Shown in pieces: positions 38,183 through 46,611 of a DNA stretch of 64,000 nucleotides. The stretch is from a virus, in the IMG/VR virus record IMGVR_UViG_3300022562_001344, positions 18,277-82,276 of that record. One strand, 5' to 3'. The translations under genes and the position numbers were made by a program. Positions within the stretch are counted from its first letter, which is position 1. The number at the start of each line of letters is the position of its first letter. The notes below the pieces were generated by a model that was not told the origin of the DNA, ran no database searches, and was given only the letters and a program-made list of their open reading frames with translations.

Positions 38183-38482
38183 ATGTACGGGATTCAGGGG
38201 AGCGTTAGGGTAATCGGCTGCAACTTCAACCTGCGGAGCGGCGGTTCCATGGGTCTATACGACATCGTTGTGCCGGACGGCCTGGATGTTCTGATCAAGG
38301 ATGAGCGCTTCACTGGTCCCCTCCGTGTCGGTTCTTCGCTTGCCGCGGCCTTACTTAAGATGCGCGGGTCAGTCCGTCTCGGCCCCTGCCCGAAATGTGA
38401 GTTCCTCTGTCTTTACAGGGACGGCCTCGTCGTCCCGCACCCGGAGGAGGAGTGTATCGTGGCCCAGATCATGGAGTGCTGA
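38183..38482 (+). CDS. small protein with VxxIMxx tag (start uncertain)
   Basis: CPKC..H..C; ends EECIVAQIMEC. Confidence 0.6.
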   Translation: MYGIQGSVRVIGCNFNLRSGGSMGLYDIVVPDGLDVLIKDERFTGPLRVGSSLAAALLKMRGSVRLGPCPKCEFLCLYRDGLVVPHPEEECIVAQIMEC

Positions 38483-38483
38483 C

Positions 38484-38660
38484 GTGGCTATCTTCAAGTC
38501 CGTGGATTACGAGGAGGTCGTCTTCACCTGCCCGAGGTGTGAGGCCGAGGTCTTCGCCACTATCCCGAACGACATCGAGTCTGCGATCACCTGCAAGGGG
38601 TGCGGAGTGACCCTCCACATAGACCTGGACGCCGCCGAGGAGATCGAGAAGCCGAACTGA
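38484..38660 (+). CDS. small zinc-ribbon protein
   Basis: CPRC..CKGC. Confidence 0.65.
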   Translation: MAIFKSVDYEEVVFTCPRCEAEVFATIPNDIESAITCKGCGVTLHIDLDAAEEIEKPN

Positions 38661-38887
38661 TGGCCTACGCAGTCATCTGCCCGGACGACGTGGATAGGCT
38701 CCACACCCAGTGGTACGACGTCAACCAGGCCGCCTTTGACGCGGCCTACTTCTCCCGGCGGACTCCGTGCGATGACTGGTCCGGCATCAAGGGATGCCCT
38801 GGCGGGATCCACACGTTCAGGGATCCGATGGCCCTCACGGACGACCCGGAACTTCCGCTGGCTTGGGCCGTCGACGTCCCGACGTAA
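38660..38887 (+). CDS. hypothetical protein
   Basis: TGATG coupling; C..H..C..CPGGIH. Confidence 0.55.
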   Translation: MAYAVICPDDVDRLHTQWYDVNQAAFDAAYFSRRTPCDDWSGIKGCPGGIHTFRDPMALTDDPELPLAWAVDVPT

Positions 38888-38895
38888 GGTGGAGT

Positions 38896-39438
38896 GTGGA
38901 CCTCGAGACTGCCTCTGCGGGATATCTGGAAGCCTTTAGGAGGAAGAGTAGGCTCGGAGGCACTCTAGCCCGGCTCAGGCGGGAGCTTGAGGAATTCGAG
39001 ATACATTTTTCGAATGCTGAGAAGGATGTCGAGCGCTTCGACAAGGCTCGCAAAGCCGCCGGATGGCGGCCTCCGACGCCCCATCAGTGGGTGATGCGCA
39101 AGACTCGGAGGAAGGGGAAGGAAGGCTTCTTGGTCAGCTGCGGCCGGTGCGGGACCAAGATCTTCATGCCAAAGATACCGGACGCCAAGACCGAATTCAG
39201 TGAATTCCAGCGAGACATCCGGATCGTGATGCACTTCGTGGACAAGACGCTCAAGATGCCGGAGGCGTTCTACAAGTCCATGTCCATTCCGTCCGACAGT
39301 GAGCACTTTCCGGACGGGGATATCGGCCTGCACGGGCGTCTCTCCAAGGAGTGCGACCTCGTCATTAGGCTCCCGGAGCTCCTGAAGGACTTCCACCTCC
39401 ACGGGCCTAAGAGGCCGGCCGATGAGGAGTTCCAGTAG
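38896..39438 (+). CDS. hypothetical protein
   Basis: GTAAGGT-N5-GTG; coiled coil then HQW..CGRCG. Confidence 0.6.
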   Translation: MDLETASAGYLEAFRRKSRLGGTLARLRRELEEFEIHFSNAEKDVERFDKARKAAGWRPPTPHQWVMRKTRRKGKEGFLVSCGRCGTKIFMPKIPDAKTEFSEFQRDIRIVMHFVDKTLKMPEAFYKSMSIPSDSEHFPDGDIGLHGRLSKECDLVIRLPELLKDFHLHGPKRPADEEFQ

Positions 39439-39460
39439 TAACCCGGAAGGGAGCTGCTGG

Positions 39461-39670
39461 ATGAGGGAGACGAGAAAGTACGGGCGCCCGTACGAGGCGC
39501 CCGCCATGGAAGCGTTCCGCTACCGCGCGATCGAGCTTGGCCACGACCTGCGCCTGTGCTGCCGGTGCCTTCAGGGACGCCGGCGCTGCATGGACTCCAG
39601 GAGGAACGTCCACGCCGACAGGTCCTGGAAGGCGCACCGCCGGACCAGGTGGCGTACTGTCCCCCGGTGA
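39461..39670 (+). CDS. small basic protein
   Basis: CCRC, RSWKAHRRTRWR. Confidence 0.5.
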   Translation: MRETRKYGRPYEAPAMEAFRYRAIELGHDLRLCCRCLQGRRRCMDSRRNVHADRSWKAHRRTRWRTVPR

Positions 39671-39963
39671 GGGAGCATCGTTGGAGCGCGGATCCAGATA
39701 GGGATGGGATCCTTGTTTGCTCCGAATGCGGGGAGTGGTGCTGGCCCGGGATGGGCGTTAAGGGGTACTACCACATGCACGGCCGAGACAGCGAGACGGG
39801 CTTCGGCTACTCATGGTTCATCTATGGACCGAAGCCGGATTTCGAGGGTGTCCGATGGCCTGGCAAATCCAAGCCCGTCGGCATATCGGTAATCGAGAAG
39901 CGCACCACTCCCGTGTCAACTTCGTGCGACGAGTACCTGGTTAGTGGGATCATGGCTGAATAG
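39667..39963 (+). CDS. small protein with VxxIMxx tag
   Basis: GTACTGT-N6-GTG; HRW..CSECG; ends SCDEYLVSGIMAE. Confidence 0.65.
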   Translation: MREHRWSADPDRDGILVCSECGEWCWPGMGVKGYYHMHGRDSETGFGYSWFIYGPKPDFEGVRWPGKSKPVGISVIEKRTTPVSTSCDEYLVSGIMAE

Positions 39964-39992
39964 ATCCTCCCTTCGCGCTGTATTCTGCGTCC

Positions 39993-40499
39993 ATGGCTGA
40001 AATGACGATCTCCCAGGCCCTCCGCAGGATCAAGAAGTTGAAGGGCCAGCTCGCCGAAAACCTGATCCGGTCGCAGGCCGGCGTATCCTACCGGGTGGGC
40101 GCCCCTCCTGCTTTCGCGTTTACAGCGTCTGTTCAGAAAGCGGACGCAATTCGCCAGGAGCTCGTCCAGCTCGAGTCCCGTCTCGCTGTTACGAACGCGA
40201 CGGCTCGGATCGATTTCCACGGAGACTGTCCTACCATCGCGTTTGCTATTCGTCAGCTTCAGGAGCTGAAGAGCCAGATTGCTTGGTACAGGGCCTTGCC
40301 CGTCCGGGCACACGAGGAGACGTCCGAGGAGACCTGGGACTACGACGAGGGAGGGAAGCACGTCCGGACGCAGGTTCCGTGGAAGTGCGACCTTCCTGAG
40401 GAGAAGCGGGCCACCGTTGTGGACGACCTTCAGGACCAATTCGACCGCCTCAACGACGCGGTCGAGAGGGCAAACCACGCCACGGTTCTCATGGCGTGA
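39993..40499 (+). CDS. DIP1984/DUF6847-like helical-hairpin protein
   Basis: MTISQALRRIKKLK N-terminus, LAVTNAT, second TIAFAIRQLQELK unit, C-terminal LNDAVERANHAT; family call from pattern recall. Confidence 0.6.
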   Translation: MAEMTISQALRRIKKLKGQLAENLIRSQAGVSYRVGAPPAFAFTASVQKADAIRQELVQLESRLAVTNATARIDFHGDCPTIAFAIRQLQELKSQIAWYRALPVRAHEETSEETWDYDEGGKHVRTQVPWKCDLPEEKRATVVDDLQDQFDRLNDAVERANHATVLMA

Positions 40500-40505
40500 A
40501 AGGAC

Positions 40506-40718
40506 GTGGGGCAGGAGGGCGAGCGCAGGAAGACCGGCGCGCCGCCAATGGCTTCGGCCTGAGGCAGCACCTCCTTTCTAAGGAGCTACAACGAACGCCA
40601 CCGATACCCTAGCGGTTAGCGGTCAGACCATCCTTCAGCATTCAGCAATAAGCGATGAGGTCTGAGGCGTCAGCACTCACTAAAGCCGGTCCGCCCGTGC
40701 GGACCCTCCTGTCCCCAC
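40506..40718 (+). ncRNA. structured RNA with 7-nt-periodic NAG array
   Basis: GTGGGGCAGGAGGG pairs CCCTCCTG(T)CCCCAC; GACCGGC/GCCGGTC; cUUCGg hairpin; AG at 40611/18/25 and 40637/44/51/58/65/72. Confidence 0.7.
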
Positions 40719-40719
40719 T

Positions 40720-40938
40720 TTAATCCCCCGGGTCAGCAAGTCCGAGGTTGGCCGTGAAGCAACGGAGGTGATATGCCGCCCTCCCGCGTCCCTCCGGGTC
40801 CCCCGCGTACGGAAGTATGACTCCCCGGTCCCCGGGTCCGAACTCCGTCCCGCATTCCGTGCACGGCCAATCCGGCGTCTTTCCTCGCTCGCAGCTTTCA
40901 TTTACCGGTGCCCCCCATGGCTGTCCGAACCATTGCAT
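40720..40938 (-). CDS. small Zn-finger-like protein
   Basis: GTAAGAT-N6-ATG; CTEC..HLRC. Confidence 0.65.
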   Translation of the reverse strand: MQWFGQPWGAPVNESCERGKTPDWPCTECGTEFGPGDRGVILPYAGDPEGRGRAAYHLRCFTANLGLADPGD

Positions 40939-40969
40939 GCCGGGATCTTACTCTGATGTATCCTCGATC

Positions 40970-41245
40970 ATGTCGGACTCGATCAAAGCCCTGAAAAGCG
41001 TCCTGCACTGGGCCGAGTTCGGGGAGCACGTCTCTGCGCGCCTCTCGAGCGTCCGCTTCATTCATGAAAGGGACGAGCAGACCCTCGACCGGGTCGTGAA
41101 GCAGGCCATGAAGATCATCTGCCCCCAGTGTCGTGGTGACGGACAGTCCTTTTTCTCCGATAACTCATGTAGCGAGTGTCATGGGACCGGCGAGAGGGCT
41201 TATGATCCGAACCTGAAGCCTGTCGGGGAGATCATGGAGTCTTGA
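40970..41245 (+). CDS. small protein with DnaJ-type CxxCxGxG finger and VxxIMxx tag
   Basis: CPQCRGDG..CSECHGTG; ends PVGEIMES. Confidence 0.7.
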   Translation: MSDSIKALKSVLHWAEFGEHVSARLSSVRFIHERDEQTLDRVVKQAMKIICPQCRGDGQSFFSDNSCSECHGTGERAYDPNLKPVGEIMES

Positions 41246-41562
41246 GCGTGAGCTCGAAAGAACTTACCCGGTGGCTCCGTTCCTGGGTCAAGGGGTACGG
41301 GCACACCTTCTGTCCCGCGAACTTCGGCATCTCCGCGGCCGTATGTCCTCGGTGTGGCCTCGTCGTCACCGCGCGCGGTAGGATCTTTTCCGATTCTAAC
41401 GTTTGGCTTGTCAGGACCTGGGGGAGTCGTCTGGACCGCCTGATGGAGCGGGATCTCCCGGTCCCTCCCGGGTATCCGCCTCCCCATCTTCTCAGGCTGG
41501 CTGTCCTCAGCGTTTTACCGAAATGCGGAATTCCGATAGTTCTCTCCGTGATGGGTGCGTAG
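41242..41562 (+). CDS. small protein with VxxVMxx tag
   Basis: GHTF..CPRCG; ends CGIPIVLSVMGA. Confidence 0.6.
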   Translation: MSVSSKELTRWLRSWVKGYGHTFCPANFGISAAVCPRCGLVVTARGRIFSDSNVWLVRTWGSRLDRLMERDLPVPPGYPPPHLLRLAVLSVLPKCGIPIVLSVMGA

Positions 41563-41570
41563 AGTCGGTC

Positions 41571-41969
41571 ATGAGCAAGGACACCAAGAAAATCCCGGAC
41601 CTTCTTCCGCCCGCCGAGCTCCTGCGTGACAGCCCGTCCTCGGAGTACCTGGATCTTCTTTTCGCTCAGATCGAGCACCTCGAGCGCAAGTCAAAGGGTC
41701 TTTTGTCTGGACGTGTCCGGACTTTCGGGAGGGAGGGGTTCGTTCGTTACCAGTTTCGGGCCACGATTCCGAAGATCAACGGGTTGGAGGTCATTCTGTT
41801 CGACCTCGATCGTGATCCGTCGCTCGCCTCCTGCAAAGAGGACTTGGATGAGATCAGGGCTCGCTTCCTGGACGCGGACGTCGTTCGTGCCCTGAGGAAC
41901 ATGTACTCGATCGCTCTCTCCACCCCGGACCCGTTCGACGAATACCCATCGAAGGCCTCGGAGGCCTAG
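41571..41969 (+). CDS. hypothetical protein
   Basis: GTAGAGT-N5-ATG. Confidence 0.65.
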   Translation: MSKDTKKIPDLLPPAELLRDSPSSEYLDLLFAQIEHLERKSKGLLSGRVRTFGREGFVRYQFRATIPKINGLEVILFDLDRDPSLASCKEDLDEIRARFLDADVVRALRNMYSIALSTPDPFDEYPSKASEA

Positions 41970-42232
41970 AATCGGACCTTCAGGGTCGCTATTGCTCCTC
42001 CGTCTGTCTTTTTGACCTCCAGGGACTTGTCCCCGTCCCATCTCAGGACGAGCTTCGGGTCCGGGTGTCCGCTCACCGCCGTGTGCAGGTCCGCGACCCC
42101 CACGAACAGTGGGGACTTCAGCCCGAGTAGCCCTGATATATCCACTTCCGGGTGGTCAACCTTCTTCGCGATGGCTCCGGCTGCGTCGAGCGTCCTCTTG
42201 AGGTCTGTCTTCTTTAGTTCCTTCTCGGTCAT
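41966..42232 (-). CDS. hypothetical protein
   Basis: 88 aa, AGGA SD, convergent overlap. Confidence 0.55.
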   Translation of the reverse strand: MTEKELKKTDLKRTLDAAGAIAKKVDHPEVDISGLLGLKSPLFVGVADLHTAVSGHPDPKLVLRWDGDKSLEVKKTDGGAIATLKVRF

Positions 42233-42355
42233 GTCCTGGCTTCTGACAAACGTCCCAGCCTAGCCCTGGACCCGTTACGCTCTCTATCGCGATGGCTCCC
42301 CGACAGCCTCCGGAGGCTTCCGGATGCTCCTTGCTGCCCGGAGACGGTCCACGAC

Positions 42356-43303
42356 ATGCGGATCCTTATAGTAGAGGATAACCACCAGACCCGGCAGCTC
42401 CTGGTATACCTGCTGCAGGAAAGGTTCATGGAGGAGGCCAAGTTCCGTGAGGCCTCCGATCTAAAGACAGCCTTCCATTACCTGCGCATGTGGAAAGACG
42501 CCGACAGGAGAAGCCGCATCGAGGGAAAGGACGTGGACCCGATCTGCATCGTCCTTGACTTGTCCCTTCCGGATTCCGTCGGGCGAGAGACTTTCCTGAA
42601 GCTGTTCAAGGCTTTCCCCGATATACCTATCGTCGTCATGACGAACACGAACGACCGGTCCCTCGCCGAGGAGATGGTGGACATCGGTGCCCAGGATTAC
42701 ATCCTGAAGAATTTCACCGACGAGGAGGAGGTGTTCAGGCGCATATCCTTCGCCATAAGGCGACATCGCCGGTCCGTGTCCCTCCCCCCTCCCGACGCGG
42801 CCAGTATTCACAGGCTCGACTCGACGAAGGCTGAGCTCCTTAGCGCGCATGAGAGCGGTGAGCACAGGGTTCTGGAGGCCAAGAGCACGGAGCTCCTCAG
42901 CGGCATCACCGAGCTCGTCAAGAAGACCTTCGTGAGCGTCCAGGAGGTCAACATAAAGCAGGAGAAGCTCTCTCTCTCCCAAGAGCACATGGGGAAGGAG
43001 ATACAGACCTTGACGGACGAGGTCACCGGGTCCGGGACCCGGCGCTCCATGCGGTCCGAGATAGAGATCACCAACAACGAAGTCAAGAACATTAAGTCGG
43101 ACTTCGGTGAGTTGAAGGAGAGGATCGACAGGGTCGAGGACAGAAGGGAAGAAGAGGTGAAACGCAAGGACTCGGCCTCGGTTCAGATCAAGACGCATCA
43201 CATGGACAACCGGACGAAGATCATCCTTGCGGCCCTAAGTCTCTTCGGTGCACTCGTCACGGCCTGGCTCGCTGCGAAATACGGGATTAGCGTGAAGCCA
43301 TGA
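42356..43303 (+). CDS. response regulator: REC plus coiled coil plus C-terminal TM helix
   Basis: ILIVEDN, IVLDLSLPD, GAQDYILK; TM IILAALSLFGALVTAWLAA. Confidence 0.88.
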   Translation: MRILIVEDNHQTRQLLVYLLQERFMEEAKFREASDLKTAFHYLRMWKDADRRSRIEGKDVDPICIVLDLSLPDSVGRETFLKLFKAFPDIPIVVMTNTNDRSLAEEMVDIGAQDYILKNFTDEEEVFRRISFAIRRHRRSVSLPPPDAASIHRLDSTKAELLSAHESGEHRVLEAKSTELLSGITELVKKTFVSVQEVNIKQEKLSLSQEHMGKEIQTLTDEVTGSGTRRSMRSEIEITNNEVKNIKSDFGELKERIDRVEDRREEEVKRKDSASVQIKTHHMDNRTKIILAALSLFGALVTAWLAAKYGISVKP

Positions 43304-44460
43304 CCTTCGTCGATATTCTTCTGGCCGTTTTCGCGGTTTTGCTGCTCGCGGCTTTCCTCTCTTGTTTGAAGCGTCCGAGGACCGTAGAGATTCCGTTCTT
43401 CGACGACAAGTTCTTCGGTAAATCCCCAGATCCGTTGTGCGTGATCAGGCGGGACGGGAGGCTTCTCCGGGTGAACCGGACCCTCTCTGAAGCCCTGGGG
43501 TATGACGCGGCCGAGCTTCTCTCGACCTCGCTCTTCGACCTGGTTCATCCGGACGACCGGGAGCGCACGATTTCCGAGCTCAGGGAGCTGCGGGGCGAGT
43601 CTTCAATTGTCTCTTTCGAGAATCGGCTCGCCTGCAAGGACGGGTCCGTTCGCTATCTGTCTTGGCGGCTTTTCCTGTCCCTGGACGGGGATATCTACGG
43701 TGTGGCTCAAGACAAAACAGACCAGGTCCTTAGGGAGGAGAGCCTCCGTGAGCTCAATGATGACCTCGAGCAGCTTCTGTACATAGCGTCCCACGATCTC
43801 CGCGAGCCCCTCGTCGGGGCCGCCGGCTTCATCTCCCTCGTCACGACGAAATACTCTGATTCCCTCAAGCCGGAGGCCTCGGACTTCCTGAAAGAGGCCC
43901 TCGACGGTATCCGCCTCATGGAGAAGAAGATCGACGACCTCCTCCTGCTCTCAAGGGCCGGACGCATCGACACAGACGAGCACTTCCATATGGCCGGTGC
44001 CATCAGGGACGCGATGGCGTCCCTGAATGGCCGGCTTACGGACGTGGAGGTGGTCCTGGAGATGAACGAGGACGAGGACCAGGTCGTGGGAAGCCGGGTC
44101 ATGGTCGGTCAGGTTATACAGAATATCCTCGGGAACGCCCTGAAGTATCGCTCGTCGGACAGATCCCTGAGGGTGGCTCTCAGGGTTGCTAGGGACGGAC
44201 GGTTCGTGAAGGTGTCCATATCCGACAATGGGATAGGGTTTGATCCGCACCAGGCAGAGCGTGTTTTTCAGGCCTTCCAGCGTCTTCATTCCTCGGACTC
44301 TCCGTACTCCGGGACGGGCATAGGTTTGGCTCTTTGCCGTAAGATAGTGACGAGGCACGGAGGGTCCATCTGGGCCGAGTCCGTGGAAGGCAGAGGTTCG
44401 ACCTTCCATTTCACGCTTCCGGCAAGGAAAGATGGCGAAGACGGACATCCTGCTGATTGA
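43300..44460 (+). CDS. PAS-domain sensor histidine kinase
   Basis: N-terminal TM, PAS (VHPDD, CKDGS), ASHDLREPL, GNALKY, DNGIG, FQRL, GTGIGL. Confidence 0.95.
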   Translation: MTFVDILLAVFAVLLLAAFLSCLKRPRTVEIPFFDDKFFGKSPDPLCVIRRDGRLLRVNRTLSEALGYDAAELLSTSLFDLVHPDDRERTISELRELRGESSIVSFENRLACKDGSVRYLSWRLFLSLDGDIYGVAQDKTDQVLREESLRELNDDLEQLLYIASHDLREPLVGAAGFISLVTTKYSDSLKPEASDFLKEALDGIRLMEKKIDDLLLLSRAGRIDTDEHFHMAGAIRDAMASLNGRLTDVEVVLEMNEDEDQVVGSRVMVGQVIQNILGNALKYRSSDRSLRVALRVARDGRFVKVSISDNGIGFDPHQAERVFQAFQRLHSSDSPYSGTGIGLALCRKIVTRHGGSIWAESVEGRGSTFHFTLPARKDGEDGHPAD

Positions 44461-44842
44461 GGACGTCGCGGCCGACGTGAAGCTCATCTCCATAGCCCTT
44501 CGGACCTCCGTCCCGGACTTGAACCTGCGCGTCGCCCGTGACGGCGAGGCTGGGATGGCGGAGCTTCTCAAGAGGCGTCCCGGCCTTCTTCTGCTCGACC
44601 TGAACATTCCGAAGAGGAGCGGGCTCGAGGTTCTCGAGGACCTCAGGGCGGACTCGGTCCTCCATACCCTCCCGGTCATCATCCTTACGAACTCCACGTC
44701 TCCGAGGGACGTCGAGTCCGCCTATCGTGCCCGCTGCAACGCGTATGTCCGGAAGCCGGTCGGGTTCGACAAGCTCATGGAGGCCGTAGAGTCTATCAAG
44801 CGGTTCTGGCTCGACCTTGCTGTCATACCGGGGATTTCGTGA
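44432..44842 (+). CDS. single-domain response regulator (Rcp1-like)
   Basis: ILLIED, LLDLNIPKRSG, PVIILTNS, AYVRKP, FWL. Confidence 0.93.
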   Translation: MAKTDILLIEDVAADVKLISIALRTSVPDLNLRVARDGEAGMAELLKRRPGLLLLDLNIPKRSGLEVLEDLRADSVLHTLPVIILTNSTSPRDVESAYRARCNAYVRKPVGFDKLMEAVESIKRFWLDLAVIPGIS

Positions 44843-45261
44843 AGCGTATCCGTGATCTAGTTCATCCCAGGGCCCTCCCTGGCTCGGATTACGAGGATAT
44901 TCGAGACCTCATGCACTCCAGCCCCCCTGTGGACCCCGGCCGGACCTTGGCTGAGGATCGCGCCGGCGTCGCCTTGCCCGGGGACCCCGTTGAGGCGATC
45001 GACAACCCCTACGTCGGGAAGAACCCGCAGGTCGTCCTTCGTTTGCTTCAGTCCGGCACGCTCTCCCCGGACCAGGAGGGCCTGGCCCGCGAGGCTATCT
45101 CCGTCTTCGAGAGCGTCTCTGGGGAGAACCTGACCGGCGGTATCGGGCGCGCTGTCCCGATACTGAAGAAGAGCGGAGACCAAGCTTCTGTCCGGGAGGT
45201 CGACGAGGACGTAACTCGAAACCCGGACTACGACCCGGAGCTGGCCGACCTTTTCCGCTAG
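44839..45261 (+). CDS. hypothetical protein
   Basis: GTGA coupling; 140 aa. Confidence 0.55.
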   Translation: MKRIRDLVHPRALPGSDYEDIRDLMHSSPPVDPGRTLAEDRAGVALPGDPVEAIDNPYVGKNPQVVLRLLQSGTLSPDQEGLAREAISVFESVSGENLTGGIGRAVPILKKSGDQASVREVDEDVTRNPDYDPELADLFR

Positions 45262-45297
45262 GCGTAGGTTCTCGGACCCGGGACGTACCGAGCCCCG

Positions 45298-45522
45298 ATG
45301 AAGGCTCTCGTTCTTTTCCTGTCCCTCGCCGTGCAGCTTCACGGCGATAGCCGTGCGGCCGTCTTCCGTCGCTGCGTTTCTTGCACGAACCAGTGCTCTG
45401 TGGAGTATCGGCACGGACCGGACAGGGATGAGTGTCTGCGCCAGTGTTTCCGGGCAAAGGCCTCTGACTGCCGACAGAACGGGCATGGGCCCGGCCCCCA
45501 TAAGACCTGTAGTTGTACCTGA
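45298..45522 (+). CDS. small Cys-rich protein with signal-peptide-like N-terminus
   Basis: MKALVLFLSLAV; 8 Cys in CxxCxxxC..CxxxC pattern. Confidence 0.5.
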   Translation: MKALVLFLSLAVQLHGDSRAAVFRRCVSCTNQCSVEYRHGPDRDECLRQCFRAKASDCRQNGHGPGPHKTCSCT

Positions 45523-45534
45523 AAGGACCGCCGT

Positions 45535-46275
45535 ATGGAAATGCTCCCTCACCGTCGAATCATCCTCCCGCTCGACGTCTCGACCCCGGTTGAGGCCATC
45601 GACCTCGCCTCTGACTTGCACGAGCACGTCGGGATGGTCAAGGTCGGCCTTCAGCTCTTCACCACGGCCGGTCCGTCCCTTCTCGAGCTCAGGGACGAGC
45701 TCGGTCTCAAAATGTTCCTGGACTTGAAGCTGCACGACATCCCGAACACCGTAGCCGGGGCTGTCAAGGCGGCTGTGCGCCACAACGTCGACTACCTGAC
45801 GGTCCATGCGTCCGGCGGAGCGAACATGCTCAAGGCTGCCGTGGACGCTGCGTCCAGTGACGTCGTTCTTCTCGCTGTTACCCTCCTTACCTCCATTGAT
45901 GGGCTCGCTCTCCGGAACGAGCTTCGCGTTCGTGGCCCGAACCCAACCGATCCGAAGAGCTACGACGGTGACGAGGTTCGTTACCACGTCCTCCACATGG
46001 CCAGGATGGCGTGGGAATGCGGGGTCCGCGGTTTCGTTTGCTCCCCCCTCGAGGTGAAGGCTCTCCGAGACGAGTTCGGGCCGGACGCGGTCCTGGTTGT
46101 TCCCGGGATCCGTCCCGAGGGATCCGACGCCGGGGATCAGGCGCGTGTTGCTACCCCGGCAGCCGCGATGAAGGATGGGGCGAGCTATCTCGTCATCGGG
46201 AGGCCCATCACTCAGGCGGAGGACCGGGTGAAGGCCGCGCGTACGATTGCGGAAGAGATTCGTCCGTACACATGA
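45535..46275 (+). CDS. pyrF: orotidine-5'-phosphate decarboxylase
   Basis: KVG, FLDLKLHDIPNTV, TVHASGG, VTLLTS, VPGIRP, DQARVATP, VIGRPIT. Confidence 0.97.
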   Translation: MEMLPHRRIILPLDVSTPVEAIDLASDLHEHVGMVKVGLQLFTTAGPSLLELRDELGLKMFLDLKLHDIPNTVAGAVKAAVRHNVDYLTVHASGGANMLKAAVDAASSDVVLLAVTLLTSIDGLALRNELRVRGPNPTDPKSYDGDEVRYHVLHMARMAWECGVRGFVCSPLEVKALRDEFGPDAVLVVPGIRPEGSDAGDQARVATPAAAMKDGASYLVIGRPITQAEDRVKAARTIAEEIRPYT

Positions 46276-46595
46276 TTCTGACGCTCCCGATCCTGGCGTT
46301 CCCGAAGGATCTGCATGACTTGCTCATGCCGATAATCACCCATCACCTCTCCGAGTGGATGCAAGAGGGTGTGAACACGGGTTTGTGCGACTTTTACCTT
46401 CATTCCCGGGATCCCGCGTTCAGGAAGCAGGGTGTAAAAGAGAAAATGTCAGAGGCCTGCATCTCCACCGGCAAGAGGGTCTACGAGTTCGTCTATCAGA
46501 CCCCGAGCACGGTAACTTACCATTTCTTTTTCCTCGCGTCCTCTGAGGACGAGCTCCGGGATCGCCTGTCCGTCGTCCATGTCATGACGCTCTAA
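46272..46595 (+). CDS. small protein with VxxVMxx tag
   Basis: ATGA coupling to pyrF; ends RLSVVHVMTL. Confidence 0.6.
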   Translation: MILTLPILAFPKDLHDLLMPIITHHLSEWMQEGVNTGLCDFYLHSRDPAFRKQGVKEKMSEACISTGKRVYEFVYQTPSTVTYHFFFLASSEDELRDRLSVVHVMTL

Positions 46596-46611
46596 TCCGT
46601 AGCGTCCTCCG

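Noticed and set aside
39993-40499. Membership in the VxxVMxx tag family (ends ATVLMA)
   Set aside because: Met is at -2, not -3, and the end fits its own family pattern
40609-40676. CRISPR array or simple microsatellite
   Set aside because: Units are 7 nt, degenerate, with no unique spacers; treated as an RNA motif
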